A stretch of 54,051 nucleotides of DNA from contig JAZDCZ010000259.1 of the NCBI GenBank assembly GCA_036679605.1, positions 1-54,051 on the forward strand. Direction: 5' to 3'. This DNA comes from Gemmatimonadota bacterium. Lineage in GTDB: Bacteria; Gemmatimonadota; Gemmatimonadetes; Gemmatimonadales; GWC2-71-9. Positions within the stretch are counted from its first letter, which is position 1; the number at the start of each line of letters is the position of its first letter. The notes under the pieces are model-generated. The model did not search any database and was not told where the DNA came from. It saw only the letters and a program-made list of their open reading frames with translations. Of the stretch, positions 9,694 to 18,963 are shown piece by piece. Position numbers and translations under genes: made by a program.

Positions 9694-11355
9694 TTACATA
9701 CGTTTATAGGCTGGCCCTGCTCCCCCTTCCCGGGGCGTCCACCTGGGACCCAGTATGTCCGTCGCCTTGCAGTCCACACAGTTCGGCGGGTTCATACGTA
9801 ACTCACCGTCCGACTCCTCATATACAGCTGCAGGACAGACATGCGAGTAGAAGCGCGCGACGTCAGCTCCAACCCGATCGTCGAGCTTCAAGTGACTCGG
9901 AATCGTATCGCGCGTCATGTTTCCCGACTTGAATACGCCGTCTACCTTACTAATTGCAAGGCGACCGTCTGGGGCAAAGGCGTCCGCCGCTGTGATGTTT
10001 TTCGGCACCCCAGCATCCTTCTCCATATCGATCTTCCTGCCCGGAAACCGTCCCCCTGTGAGTGTCATGATTCCGGCCCTAATGGCACCCCGGTAGAACC
10101 CATTCTTAAACGCTAGCCGTATGTTACGAGTTCGGTACAGATCTTTCACGATATAGGATTCGTCAACTGATCTATCGTACTCCGCCAACCGCGTCGACGA
10201 TACGTCTTCCGCTTTGAGCGCTGCAAATATCGCGCGCGCCGCAAGCATTCCGGAGTGCATAGCGAAGTGAATGCCTTTCAGCGATGGAACGTCGACGAAA
10301 CCTGCCGAGTCGCCAAGTATAACAACCCCATCACCGTGCCGTCTCTGCGGAATCGAATAGTATCCGCCTTCGGGAATCGTCTTCGCTCCCCACTCGATCA
10401 TTTCGCCGCCATCTAAGTATTGGCGGAACAGCGGGTGGTGTTTCATGCGTTGGAGCAAGTGATGAACGTCTAGCCCAGTGCTGCGGTAGTCCAGTCCTAC
10501 CACCAGCCCGATTGCAGCTAGATTACCCTCCAATGGATACATGAAGCTCCCACCGAAGGCGTCCCTGGGGAGTGGCCAACCCATAGTGTGAATGATCCCA
10601 TCCAGCCGTTTCTTCGTTTCCCACAGTTCCTTGACGCCAAGTGCGAAGATCTGTGGGTTCCCCGACTCGATCTTCTGCCACTCCGAATACGCTTGGGCCA
10701 GCATTCCCCGCGTGCCTTCAGCAAGAGCCGTGACTTTGGCTAAGATGTCTGTAGGCGGCATGAAACTGGATCCGGGCGTTCCATCGCGTTCCAACCCGGA
10801 AGCGACGGTCCGTACTCCCACAACCCTGTCACCATCTACGCGCAACGCTCCTGCCGGAAAACCGGGAAACAGATCGATCCCAAGCGCCTCCGCTTTTTCA
10901 CCCAACCATCTCACGATCTCGCAAATCGATGCTACGAAGTATCCGTGATTACGCATCGTCGGCGGCGTGGGAATCCGTAGGTGTCTGCCCTCTGACAACA
11001 AGAAGACGGATTCCTTCTGGACCGAAGATCTGAAGGGAAATTCCGAATCGGGCATTCCGGGAAAGAGTTCGCGGAAGGCTCTAGGATTTACGACTGCCCC
11101 GGACAACGAATGCTCACCCAATGTTCCGGCCTTCTCGAGAATTCCGATGCTTACTTCACCTACCCCGCCGGCCTGCTCGTTGTCGGTCTTCACCAGTCGA
11201 GCCAATTCAATGGCGCCCGCCAACCCTGCCGGGCCTCCTCCAACGAATAGGACGTCAACTTCAAGTCGTTCGTCGTCTGGTGGTCCGGAAAGAATGAGTT
11301 CGTCTTGCGCGAGACTAGGCTGATGATCTGCGGGGACTATCGATTTGTCAGCCAC
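9694..11355 (-). CDS. Electron transfer flavoprotein:quinone oxidoreductase
   Basis: GGGPAG FAD motif, SLSGAV, AEGTRG, LGVKELW, KTIPEGG, C-terminal CPA..CxxC; adjacent to etfAB. Confidence 0.93.
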   Translation of the reverse strand: MADKSIVPADHQPSLAQDELILSGPPDDERLEVDVLFVGGGPAGLAGAIELARLVKTDNEQAGGVGEVSIGILEKAGTLGEHSLSGAVVNPRAFRELFPGMPDSEFPFRSSVQKESVFLLSEGRHLRIPTPPTMRNHGYFVASICEIVRWLGEKAEALGIDLFPGFPAGALRVDGDRVVGVRTVASGLERDGTPGSSFMPPTDILAKVTALAEGTRGMLAQAYSEWQKIESGNPQIFALGVKELWETKKRLDGIIHTMGWPLPRDAFGGSFMYPLEGNLAAIGLVVGLDYRSTGLDVHHLLQRMKHHPLFRQYLDGGEMIEWGAKTIPEGGYYSIPQRRHGDGVVILGDSAGFVDVPSLKGIHFAMHSGMLAARAIFAALKAEDVSSTRLAEYDRSVDESYIVKDLYRTRNIRLAFKNGFYRGAIRAGIMTLTGGRFPGRKIDMEKDAGVPKNITAADAFAPDGRLAISKVDGVFKSGNMTRDTIPSHLKLDDRVGADVARFYSHVCPAAVYEESDGELRMNPPNCVDCKATDILGPRWTPREGGAGPAYKRM

Positions 11356-11359
11356 CGAG

Positions 11360-12325
11360 TCAACTCACTCGAACTTTTCTGATTTCTTCTGTCAATTTGG
11401 GGACAATTTCGAACAGGTCGCCTACGAGACCGTAGTCGGCGATCCTGAAGATGGGTGCATCTTTGTCGCGGTTGATCGCGACAATCACCTTTGCCGTCCG
11501 CATGCCTGCTATGTGCTGTGTAGCACCAGAAATCCCAACCGCAACATACAGATTCGGGCTAACGGTCTTGCCTGTCTGACCAACTTGTTCGGAGTGGGGA
11601 CGCCAACCCGCATCTACGACCGCCCGTGAAGCGCCAACCGCTCCGCCCAGTGCATCCGCCAGCTCCTCGATCAAGCGGAAGCTTTCGGGATCCTTGAGCC
11701 CCCTTCCACCACTCACCACTATGGAAGCCTCCGCCACGTCGAGAGCGGCGCGCTCGGGCTCTCTTGTCGCTACCGTTCTGGCGGCTGAGTCTTTGCCGCC
11801 ATCAGGAACCGGCAGCTCCTCGACAAGTCCTGCGTTACCCGACTGGTTGGCCGGGAAGACATTCGGCCGAATGGATGCGACAAACGGCGACCATGTGATG
11901 CGCAATTTGAGAATTGCCTTTCCCGCATAGACAGGGCGTGACACAACAATGCCGTCGCTTCCCGATATATCTATTATGTCGGTAGCCAGCGGACACTTGA
12001 GCCGTGCTGCCACTCGTGCACCTAGATCCTTGCCCATGGATGTTGCCGCCAACAGGACGGCCTTATAATCACCCGATCGAGCCAGACTTGACGCAACCTG
12101 CGCATAACTATCGGCCTGGTACAGTTCGAACGCGTCATCCAAACACAAGAACACTTTATCCGCATCCAGACCGTCTGCGCTAATACCTGGTGGGCCAACC
12201 ACCACTGCATGGACATCACCGCCTACCTCACCGGATATGCTGCGGGCAGCGGAGAGAACCTCGTGCGACACACCTTTGACAGATCCGCCGCGCTGTTCCA
12301 AAATTGCCAGTACGCCCGGCATCAA
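11360..12325 (-). CDS. etfA: Electron transfer flavoprotein alpha subunit
   Basis: VVSGGRG, GASRAVVDAGW, QVGQTGK, GISGATQH. Confidence 0.96.
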   Translation of the reverse strand: MMPGVLAILEQRGGSVKGVSHEVLSAARSISGEVGGDVHAVVVGPPGISADGLDADKVFLCLDDAFELYQADSYAQVASSLARSGDYKAVLLAATSMGKDLGARVAARLKCPLATDIIDISGSDGIVVSRPVYAGKAILKLRITWSPFVASIRPNVFPANQSGNAGLVEELPVPDGGKDSAARTVATREPERAALDVAEASIVVSGGRGLKDPESFRLIEELADALGGAVGASRAVVDAGWRPHSEQVGQTGKTVSPNLYVAVGISGATQHIAGMRTAKVIVAINRDKDAPIFRIADYGLVGDLFEIVPKLTEEIRKVRVS

Positions 12326-13074
12326 AGCACCTTCGCTTCGTTACGTAACGCATCGATTAGGTCCGCTACCGCGTCCGGCCCTTCTCCCACAATTCTCCCT
12401 TGCGGCCGCGCCGCAGGGACACTCATCTCCAACACCTCGATGCCTCCTGCAGTGATGTCCACATCCTTCGTTTCCAACGGTTTTTTCTTCGCGAGCATGA
12501 TACCGCGTAGAGCCGGGTACCGCGGCTCATTGAGACCCTTGTCGGTCGTCAGAACAGCTGGTAGCGAGAACTCCACAACCTCCACGGCACCTTCGATTTC
12601 CCGTTCAGCAGTGCCCTTCCCGTCGTCTATAGTCAGATGCGATATCGATGTGACGCACGGCAGGCCCAGCAACTCCGCCACCATCGGTCCTACTGCTTGG
12701 CTGTAATCGTCGATGGCAAGCTTGCCAAACAGAATCAAATCGAAACCTCCGTCCTCGAGTTCCGATGCCAGAGCGCCTGCTGCCACAAAAGGATCGAGCG
12801 TTCCAGTTGCAGTCTTCAACAGAACACCGCGGTCCACCCCCATAGCGAGCGTGGTTCGAATGGTTTCTTGCGATGAGTCTCCACCTAGAGAAACGGCCAC
12901 AACCTCTCCGTCTCCCGATTGCTCCTTGAGCTTTAGAGCCTCCTCAACAGCAAACTCATCGTATGTGTTCATAACGAATTTTACGCCGCTTTCGTCAAGC
13001 GACTTGCCGTCACCAGCTATCTTGACGCGGGTCTCAGAATCTGGAACCCGCCTTATACAAACAGCGATCTTCAC
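12322..13074 (-). CDS. etfB: Electron transfer flavoprotein beta subunit
   Basis: MKIAVCIRRVPD, YDEFAVEEAL, LAMGVD, GKLAID, NEPRYP. Confidence 0.96.
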   Translation of the reverse strand: MKIAVCIRRVPDSETRVKIAGDGKSLDESGVKFVMNTYDEFAVEEALKLKEQSGDGEVVAVSLGGDSSQETIRTTLAMGVDRGVLLKTATGTLDPFVAAGALASELEDGGFDLILFGKLAIDDYSQAVGPMVAELLGLPCVTSISHLTIDDGKGTAEREIEGAVEVVEFSLPAVLTTDKGLNEPRYPALRGIMLAKKKPLETKDVDITAGGIEVLEMSVPAARPQGRIVGEGPDAVADLIDALRNEAKVL

Positions 13075-13164
13075 GTCAACCTCATTGCCATGTCGGGTTA
13101 GTAAACAGGCCGGTAGGGCGAAACAGTTTCAAGTTACCAGGGAGGTCCGAGCCCCGCAACGGAG

Positions 13165-14907
13165 TCAAACGGGCCCCAACGCAGCTATCAATTCGTCATA
13201 TTGCAAAGTGTTCAGCACATCTCCTCGTTCCACCCACGCTCTCCTGGCTTGCTCTATGCCATAGCTCATGAGATCCAAATCGCCGCAGCTGTGCGCATCG
13301 GTGCTAATCACTATCTTGAGCCCGAATTCTCTCGCCTTCAGCAACTCAACGTCGCTCAGGTCCAGTCTGTTTGGATGCGCGTTGAGTTCGACCGCCACAT
13401 TGCATTCTGCGGCGCACACCAGCACCGCGTCGAGATCGAACTTCATTGGATCTCGTCTATTGATTTGCCGGCCAGTCGGATGCGCAAGAATGTTCACCGA
13501 TGGGTGCTGGATCGCCTTGATCATCCGATCGGTCTGATCAGCCGCCGGTAGGTCGAATCTAGAGTGAACGGAAATCAACACTACATCCAACTGTGCAAGC
13601 ATCTCATCCTCGAGATCCAGTCGGCCGTCTGCTAGGATATCGATCTCCATGCCCCGCAAGATCTTGATCTCTCCATGACGTCCAGCGATTTCCTCGATTT
13701 CAGACCACTGCTCGCGCAATTTTGCCGCGTTCATGCCGCCTGTCATTGCTAGAGCCTTGCTATGATCGGTGATGGCGAAGTAGTCGTACCCTCGCTGGGT
13801 ACACGCTTGCAACATTACCTCGATGGTCTCCTTACCATCGGACCAAGTGGAGTGCATCTGGAGATCACCGCAGATGTCGTCAATGGTGATTAGCTCGGGA
13901 AGCTCGCCGCGCACGGCTGCCTCGATCTCGCCACGATCTTCTCGCAGCTCCGGCGCGATCCATGGAAGCCCCACGGCCCGATAGAGGTCTGACTCGTCTG
14001 GCGTATCGACCAGGTCTACGGTGCTCGAATCAGCGCCCTCGACTCCACTACGGTACACGCCGGCTCGAGAAAACCCGAGGCCCACCGCATCGGCACGAGC
14101 GCGTAGCTTGTCGTTGTGCCGCTTAGAACCCGTCAAGTAAGTAAGAGCGGCGCCCCTACCCTCGGCAGATACTACGGACAAGTCAGCCTTGATTCCTGAT
14201 TCGAGTACAACTGTAATTTCTGACGACGTCGAGTTCTCTACTCGCTCTACTTCCGCAAATTTTGCGAACGATTCTATCACTGTTTCAGGATCATCCGTCG
14301 CTATAAGTAGGTTTATGTCACCCACCGTTTCACAACGTCGCCTAACGCTTCCGACAACATCGGCTTGCTGAACGGCTGGATGCTCGAGCAGTCGTTTGAG
14401 CAGTGGGACGACGATGCGGTCCGCATCATCCAACTTGGTACGCGCACGATGCCGGCGGTACCGCTCGATCGACGTGATGATCCTCTGTTGCGTTTTCTTA
14501 CCGAACCCTGCCAGCGCTTCAACATCTCCGTCCAGTGCGGCGCGCTCCAGGCCGTCTATTGTCGTAACATCCAACTCTTCCCACAGTTTCTTGGCTCGCT
14601 TGGCTCCCAGGCCAGGTAAGCGTGTCAACTCGATGAGAGACAGTGGAATCTCCTGCGCAAGTTCCGCCAATGTGCTCGATTTACCGACAGTCACCAACTC
14701 TGTGATATGGCGTGCCATGTCCTTGCCGATCGCAGGTAACTCCGTAAGATCGGCGCCGCTAGTCACCATTTGACGAAGCGGTTCGTCGTTGGTTTCAACC
14801 ACCTCGGCGGCATTGCGATAAGCTCTGATTCGGAATGGGTTGCCACCCTTGATCTCAAACAGATCGGCCATGTCTCGGAGCACTCGGGCGATCGCTAGAT
14901 TTTCCAC
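13165..14907 (-). CDS. polX: DNA polymerase X family protein with C-terminal PHP domain
   Basis: NPFRIRAY, HhH motifs, GSVRR..TVGDIN, TGSK.HN, PELRE; PHP motifs DLQMHS, TDHS, AHPTGR, TDAH; GTG overlaps the ligA stop. Confidence 0.93.
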   Translation of the reverse strand: MENLAIARVLRDMADLFEIKGGNPFRIRAYRNAAEVVETNDEPLRQMVTSGADLTELPAIGKDMARHITELVTVGKSSTLAELAQEIPLSLIELTRLPGLGAKRAKKLWEELDVTTIDGLERAALDGDVEALAGFGKKTQQRIITSIERYRRHRARTKLDDADRIVVPLLKRLLEHPAVQQADVVGSVRRRCETVGDINLLIATDDPETVIESFAKFAEVERVENSTSSEITVVLESGIKADLSVVSAEGRGAALTYLTGSKRHNDKLRARADAVGLGFSRAGVYRSGVEGADSSTVDLVDTPDESDLYRAVGLPWIAPELREDRGEIEAAVRGELPELITIDDICGDLQMHSTWSDGKETIEVMLQACTQRGYDYFAITDHSKALAMTGGMNAAKLREQWSEIEEIAGRHGEIKILRGMEIDILADGRLDLEDEMLAQLDVVLISVHSRFDLPAADQTDRMIKAIQHPSVNILAHPTGRQINRRDPMKFDLDAVLVCAAECNVAVELNAHPNRLDLSDVELLKAREFGLKIVISTDAHSCGDLDLMSYGIEQARRAWVERGDVLNTLQYDELIAALGPV

Positions 14908-16919
14908 TAGACCGTCACTCCCCGCTCCCGCAGGAACTCGACGAACTCGTTCTCGGTCAACGTTGCAATTCCTAGATCAACCGCCTTGTCATACTTGGAG
15001 CCCGGTTCCGATCCCACCACCACGTAGGCCGTCGCTTTACTCACCGACGAGGTGACACGTCCACCTAGGGATTCCACAAGATTCTTCGCCTCCCGCCGCG
15101 AGAGGGCCTTTAGTTCCCCGGTAAACACCCACCTCGTCCCGGCAAGCACTCCGCCGGCGCTGCCACTCGACTCCATCACGTTCAGCTTCCCATCCAGCAA
15201 TCCGTCGAGAATTTGAGCATTCCGCTCGTCGCCAAAAAAGGCTACTACCTGTTCGGCCATCCGGGGTCCCACTCCTGCTACAACTTGCAAATCTTCCATG
15301 GTTGCGACTCGTAGTCTCGAGACGGAGCCGAAATGCTTGGACACATCCTTCGCCACGGTCACACCGACCTCTGGAATTCCCAACCCATAAAGGAACCGGT
15401 GCAGTTCTACCTTGGCAGCACGCTCTATCGCTCTAACAAGACTCTCTGCCGACTTGGCTGCAAAACCTTCTAGCCGCATGAGATCTGCCGACTCGATGTC
15501 GAACAAGTCAGGAAGGCTTCGAACCACGCCCGCCGCTACAAACAGTTTGGCTGTCTCCTCACCTAGCCCGTCGATATCGAGCGCCTCCTTGGAAGCGAAA
15601 TGCTCCAACCGACCTGCCAACTGCGCCGGGCATCCGAATTGATTGGGACAGACAGTGAATGGCCCGCGTTGGAACAGATCTGTGCCACACGAAGGACAAC
15701 GTGTGGGCATTTGATAGGGCTTCGCCCGCCTCCTGCCCGGCTCCGGCACTCGCTCTACAATTTGCGGAATGACATCTCCGGCCCGCTGGACTCTGACTAA
15801 ATCCCCCTCGCGAATGTCCTTGCGGGCTACTTCTTCTCTGTTATGCAAGTTGGCCCGACTGACTGTCACGCCACCCAACTCCACTGGGCGCATGATCCCT
15901 CCCGGTGTGACGACGCCGGTTCGTCCGACACTGGGCACGATCTTCAGTAACCGTGTAATCTCCTTCCTTGGAGGAAACTTGAAAGCGAACGCCCACTTTG
16001 GGTGGTGCGACGTGGCCCCCAGCTCGTCTCTCGATGCAAGATCATCTAGCTTGACGACCACTCCATCTATTTCATACTCAAGATCGTCGCGTCTCTCCTG
16101 AAGGTCGCGATGATACTCGATCACCTCATCGACCGACTCCATCCGCCGGGGCAGATCATTTACCCTGAGACCCCACTTGGCCATGGCGGCTAAGGCGTCC
16201 CACTGCTTGGCTATTTTCAGGTCTGGGGCACTTAGAATGTCGTAGACATATATGTCCAAGGGCCGAGATGCCGTGACTAACGGGTCGAGCTGTCGCAGGG
16301 CACCGGCAGCGGCATTACGCGGATTCGCGAACGGCGGCTTCCCCTGCGCCATCAGCTGTTCGTTCAACTGTTCGAACGCATCGACGCGCATGATTATTTC
16401 GCCGCGGACCGATAGAGGACTGGGCAAGCTCGCACCACGGCCCATGAGTCGCAGCGGTACAGCATCGATTGTCCGCACATTGTCTGTGATGCCTTCACCC
16501 ACGGAGCCATCTCCTCGGGTGGACGCCCTGACCAATACACCGTCTTCATAAACCAACTCGACGGAAGCACCATCGAGCTTCGGTTCCACGACATACGCGA
16601 CATTCTCGAGAACCTGCCGTACTCGAGTGTCGAACCTCCTAAGCGCCTCGTCAGACTGGTCGGAGTCAAGACTCAGCATTGGGGCTAGGTGTTCTATCTT
16701 GGAGAATTGATCTAGTAGCGCACCTGGTACGCTCTGCGTTGGAGAGTCAGCTGTAACGAGTTCAGGATTCTGTGTCTCCAACTCCTTCAGTTCAGAGAAC
16801 AGCCGATCGTAGACCGAGTCCGAGACCTCCGGGCGATCTTTAACGTGGTACAGGTAGTTGTGATGCCGGATCGCAGTCCTAAGCTCTCTGATCCGTCGCT
16901 CGGTCTGGGATTGAGTCAT
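14907..16919 (-). CDS. ligA: NAD-dependent DNA ligase
   Basis: EPKLDG, TRGDG..GE, VRGE, ANPRNAAAG, DGVVVK, Cys4 Zn finger, HhH, BRCT; start 16919 inferred. Confidence 0.97.
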   Translation of the reverse strand: MTQSQTERRIRELRTAIRHHNYLYHVKDRPEVSDSVYDRLFSELKELETQNPELVTADSPTQSVPGALLDQFSKIEHLAPMLSLDSDQSDEALRRFDTRVRQVLENVAYVVEPKLDGASVELVYEDGVLVRASTRGDGSVGEGITDNVRTIDAVPLRLMGRGASLPSPLSVRGEIIMRVDAFEQLNEQLMAQGKPPFANPRNAAAGALRQLDPLVTASRPLDIYVYDILSAPDLKIAKQWDALAAMAKWGLRVNDLPRRMESVDEVIEYHRDLQERRDDLEYEIDGVVVKLDDLASRDELGATSHHPKWAFAFKFPPRKEITRLLKIVPSVGRTGVVTPGGIMRPVELGGVTVSRANLHNREEVARKDIREGDLVRVQRAGDVIPQIVERVPEPGRRRAKPYQMPTRCPSCGTDLFQRGPFTVCPNQFGCPAQLAGRLEHFASKEALDIDGLGEETAKLFVAAGVVRSLPDLFDIESADLMRLEGFAAKSAESLVRAIERAAKVELHRFLYGLGIPEVGVTVAKDVSKHFGSVSRLRVATMEDLQVVAGVGPRMAEQVVAFFGDERNAQILDGLLDGKLNVMESSGSAGGVLAGTRWVFTGELKALSRREAKNLVESLGGRVTSSVSKATAYVVVGSEPGSKYDKAVDLGIATLTENEFVEFLRERGVTV

Positions 16920-17072
16920 TGTTGTCGAGTTCAGTATTGCAGCGGATGCCCTGGACACAGAATGTAGCACACAACGTTGCTACCCACAGGTCCTCCAGAA
17001 GGGTAGCCTCGATACTGCTTCCACTCTATGTTGCAATTGCTCGGTCATAACCACCCCCACCGGTAGGGACAG

Positions 17073-18302
17073 ATGAGGCCAACCTGGTTGGTAACGATAG
17101 GGCTCGTGACAGTAGGCGGCTGCGGATCTGAAACGCACCGTCCGCCGGTCGTGCGGGACAGCGTCGGTATCACCATCGTGGAAAACCTGGACCCCGCGTG
17201 GGCAAGATCCGATCGCTGGACTCTGTCGGACGCACCGATTGTGGACATTGGAACAGCGGAAAAACCGTCCAAGAACTCCCTGGAACGTGCAGTCAGCGCC
17301 GTGCGACTGGCGGACGGCACGATCGCAGTAGCCAACGGGGGCAGCAAGGAAATCCGCTGGTACGACGACGCAGGTCAATATCTGCGCGCAAGCGGTGGCA
17401 AGCTGGGGGCCGCCATCGAGTTCGTCAACATCGAGCGAGTTGACCGGCTGGGCCCAGATTCCGTCATCGCCTATGATTTCGGGAGCTTGGGGATATCAGT
17501 TTTCACCAAGGATGGCACATTCAAGCGTGCCACCAGCCTTATCGTGGCTTTTGGGTCACCGCCGGGTTCATTACGCGGAGTGTTCGCGAACAGATCCCTC
17601 TTATTTGTTCGCGGGCCAAAATCATGGGTTCGCTCACTGATCAGATCTGGCCAAGCACCCGACGGTCTCATGCGGGGCCCCGCCGACGCATTTCATTACT
17701 CGAATGAGGGAATGTTCCTGACCATCATAGGCAGTTTCCCGGGCTCGGAGCAATTCTTCACTAGAGGTACCAGGTTCGTGCGCTCATCAGCCCGACCGTT
17801 TGGTCGCGATGCGGTCTTTGCCGTTCTGGGTGATCGGTTTTACGTCGGCTTCCAGAACGACTACGAGATAGAGCTGCGTGACACCAACGATTCACTGAAG
17901 GCTCTTGTACGTGTGCAACGCGAAAATAGAATGGTGTCGCCCAGGGATATTGAACAATTCAAGATAAATGGCTTGGCCGGTGTACACGAACGAAACCGAG
18001 ATGAAAAAATAGCGGAGCTAGATGCTCTGTCGTACCCTGAGACAATGCCGGCTTACGGCGGCATCATCACTGACGCCGATGGCAATCTTTGGGTGGCCGA
18101 GTACGATCCTTTTCCAGACGAGACGTTGAAGTGGACCGTTTTCAACACGGATTACTACATGTTGGGGACGGTAGAGATTCCGTCGCGGTTCTCTATCTAT
18201 CAGATAGGGAGCGACTTCGTTCTAGGACGAATGATCGACCGACGGGGCGTTGAACATATCCAAGTCTACACTATTGAAAAACCGCCGACCCGGATAGAGT
18301 AG
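17073..18302 (+). CDS. Lipoprotein, beta-propeller/NHL-like
   Basis: Lipobox VGGC; RDSVGITIVEN and DADGNLWV repeat-like motifs. Confidence 0.7.
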   Translation: MRPTWLVTIGLVTVGGCGSETHRPPVVRDSVGITIVENLDPAWARSDRWTLSDAPIVDIGTAEKPSKNSLERAVSAVRLADGTIAVANGGSKEIRWYDDAGQYLRASGGKLGAAIEFVNIERVDRLGPDSVIAYDFGSLGISVFTKDGTFKRATSLIVAFGSPPGSLRGVFANRSLLFVRGPKSWVRSLIRSGQAPDGLMRGPADAFHYSNEGMFLTIIGSFPGSEQFFTRGTRFVRSSARPFGRDAVFAVLGDRFYVGFQNDYEIELRDTNDSLKALVRVQRENRMVSPRDIEQFKINGLAGVHERNRDEKIAELDALSYPETMPAYGGIITDADGNLWVAEYDPFPDETLKWTVFNTDYYMLGTVEIPSRFSIYQIGSDFVLGRMIDRRGVEHIQVYTIEKPPTRIE

Positions 18303-18329
18303 CAGGCTTGACTCGATAGGTCGTTTTTC

Positions 18330-18364
18330 GGTCGACTCCTGCCTCACCCAAACGCAGGTCGACC
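18330..18364. terminator. Stem-loop between convergent genes
   Basis: GGTCGA..CCTGC / GCAGG TCGACC inverted repeat; no clear T-tract. Confidence 0.4.
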
Positions 18365-18378
18365 CACAATGGCCGGAC

Positions 18379-18867
18379 CTACCTATCTCTCCGAACTTGC
18401 GCTGTGGCCAATCTGGATATGTGATACTGCACTACACGCCACACCCCGTCCTGCTTGACTCGGGTGTCAGAGTAGCGCCACGTCCCCTCACGCGTCGTCC
18501 CACCCGGAAACGTTACCGTCCCTTCCAAGTAGGCGATTGATACCGCAGTATTGCCGTAGATCTTCGTATCGATGTCACGCGCGTCAACATCGAACCGAAA
18601 GCCGGCTGAAAGAAGAAGCTTGAGGGACATAGCACTGAATCCCGATATTGCCCGTCCACCGTCCAAATTGAAACCTCTGGTGTCCTCGCTGAAATACGCT
18701 GCGAACTCCTTGAGGTTTCCGGCTTTCCAGGCATCGAGACTCCGTTGTGCGTCGGCCCGAGCCTCCTCGACTTGTGCGGCTGCCGGGGAAGTGGCGAGCA
18801 CGAGTACCAGGAAGAGAAGAATTCGAGGTGACAAATGAGATAGGATCTGTGGTTTACTATTTCGCAT
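18379..18867 (-). CDS. Secreted NTF2-like (SnoaL/DUF4440) protein
   Basis: Signal peptide AAA-Q; YGNTAV...WRVVQYHIS. Confidence 0.75.
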   Translation of the reverse strand: MRNSKPQILSHLSPRILLFLVLVLATSPAAAQVEEARADAQRSLDAWKAGNLKEFAAYFSEDTRGFNLDGGRAISGFSAMSLKLLLSAGFRFDVDARDIDTKIYGNTAVSIAYLEGTVTFPGGTTREGTWRYSDTRVKQDGVWRVVQYHISRLATAQVRRDR

Positions 18868-18963
18868 CGAGTTCGATCTCCTTGGATATGCGTTGGACGG
18901 AACCTTTCAATGTTGCCGCCTGTCACTCATCTTGGTACCCCACACCGAAGAGGAGTTTCGACA

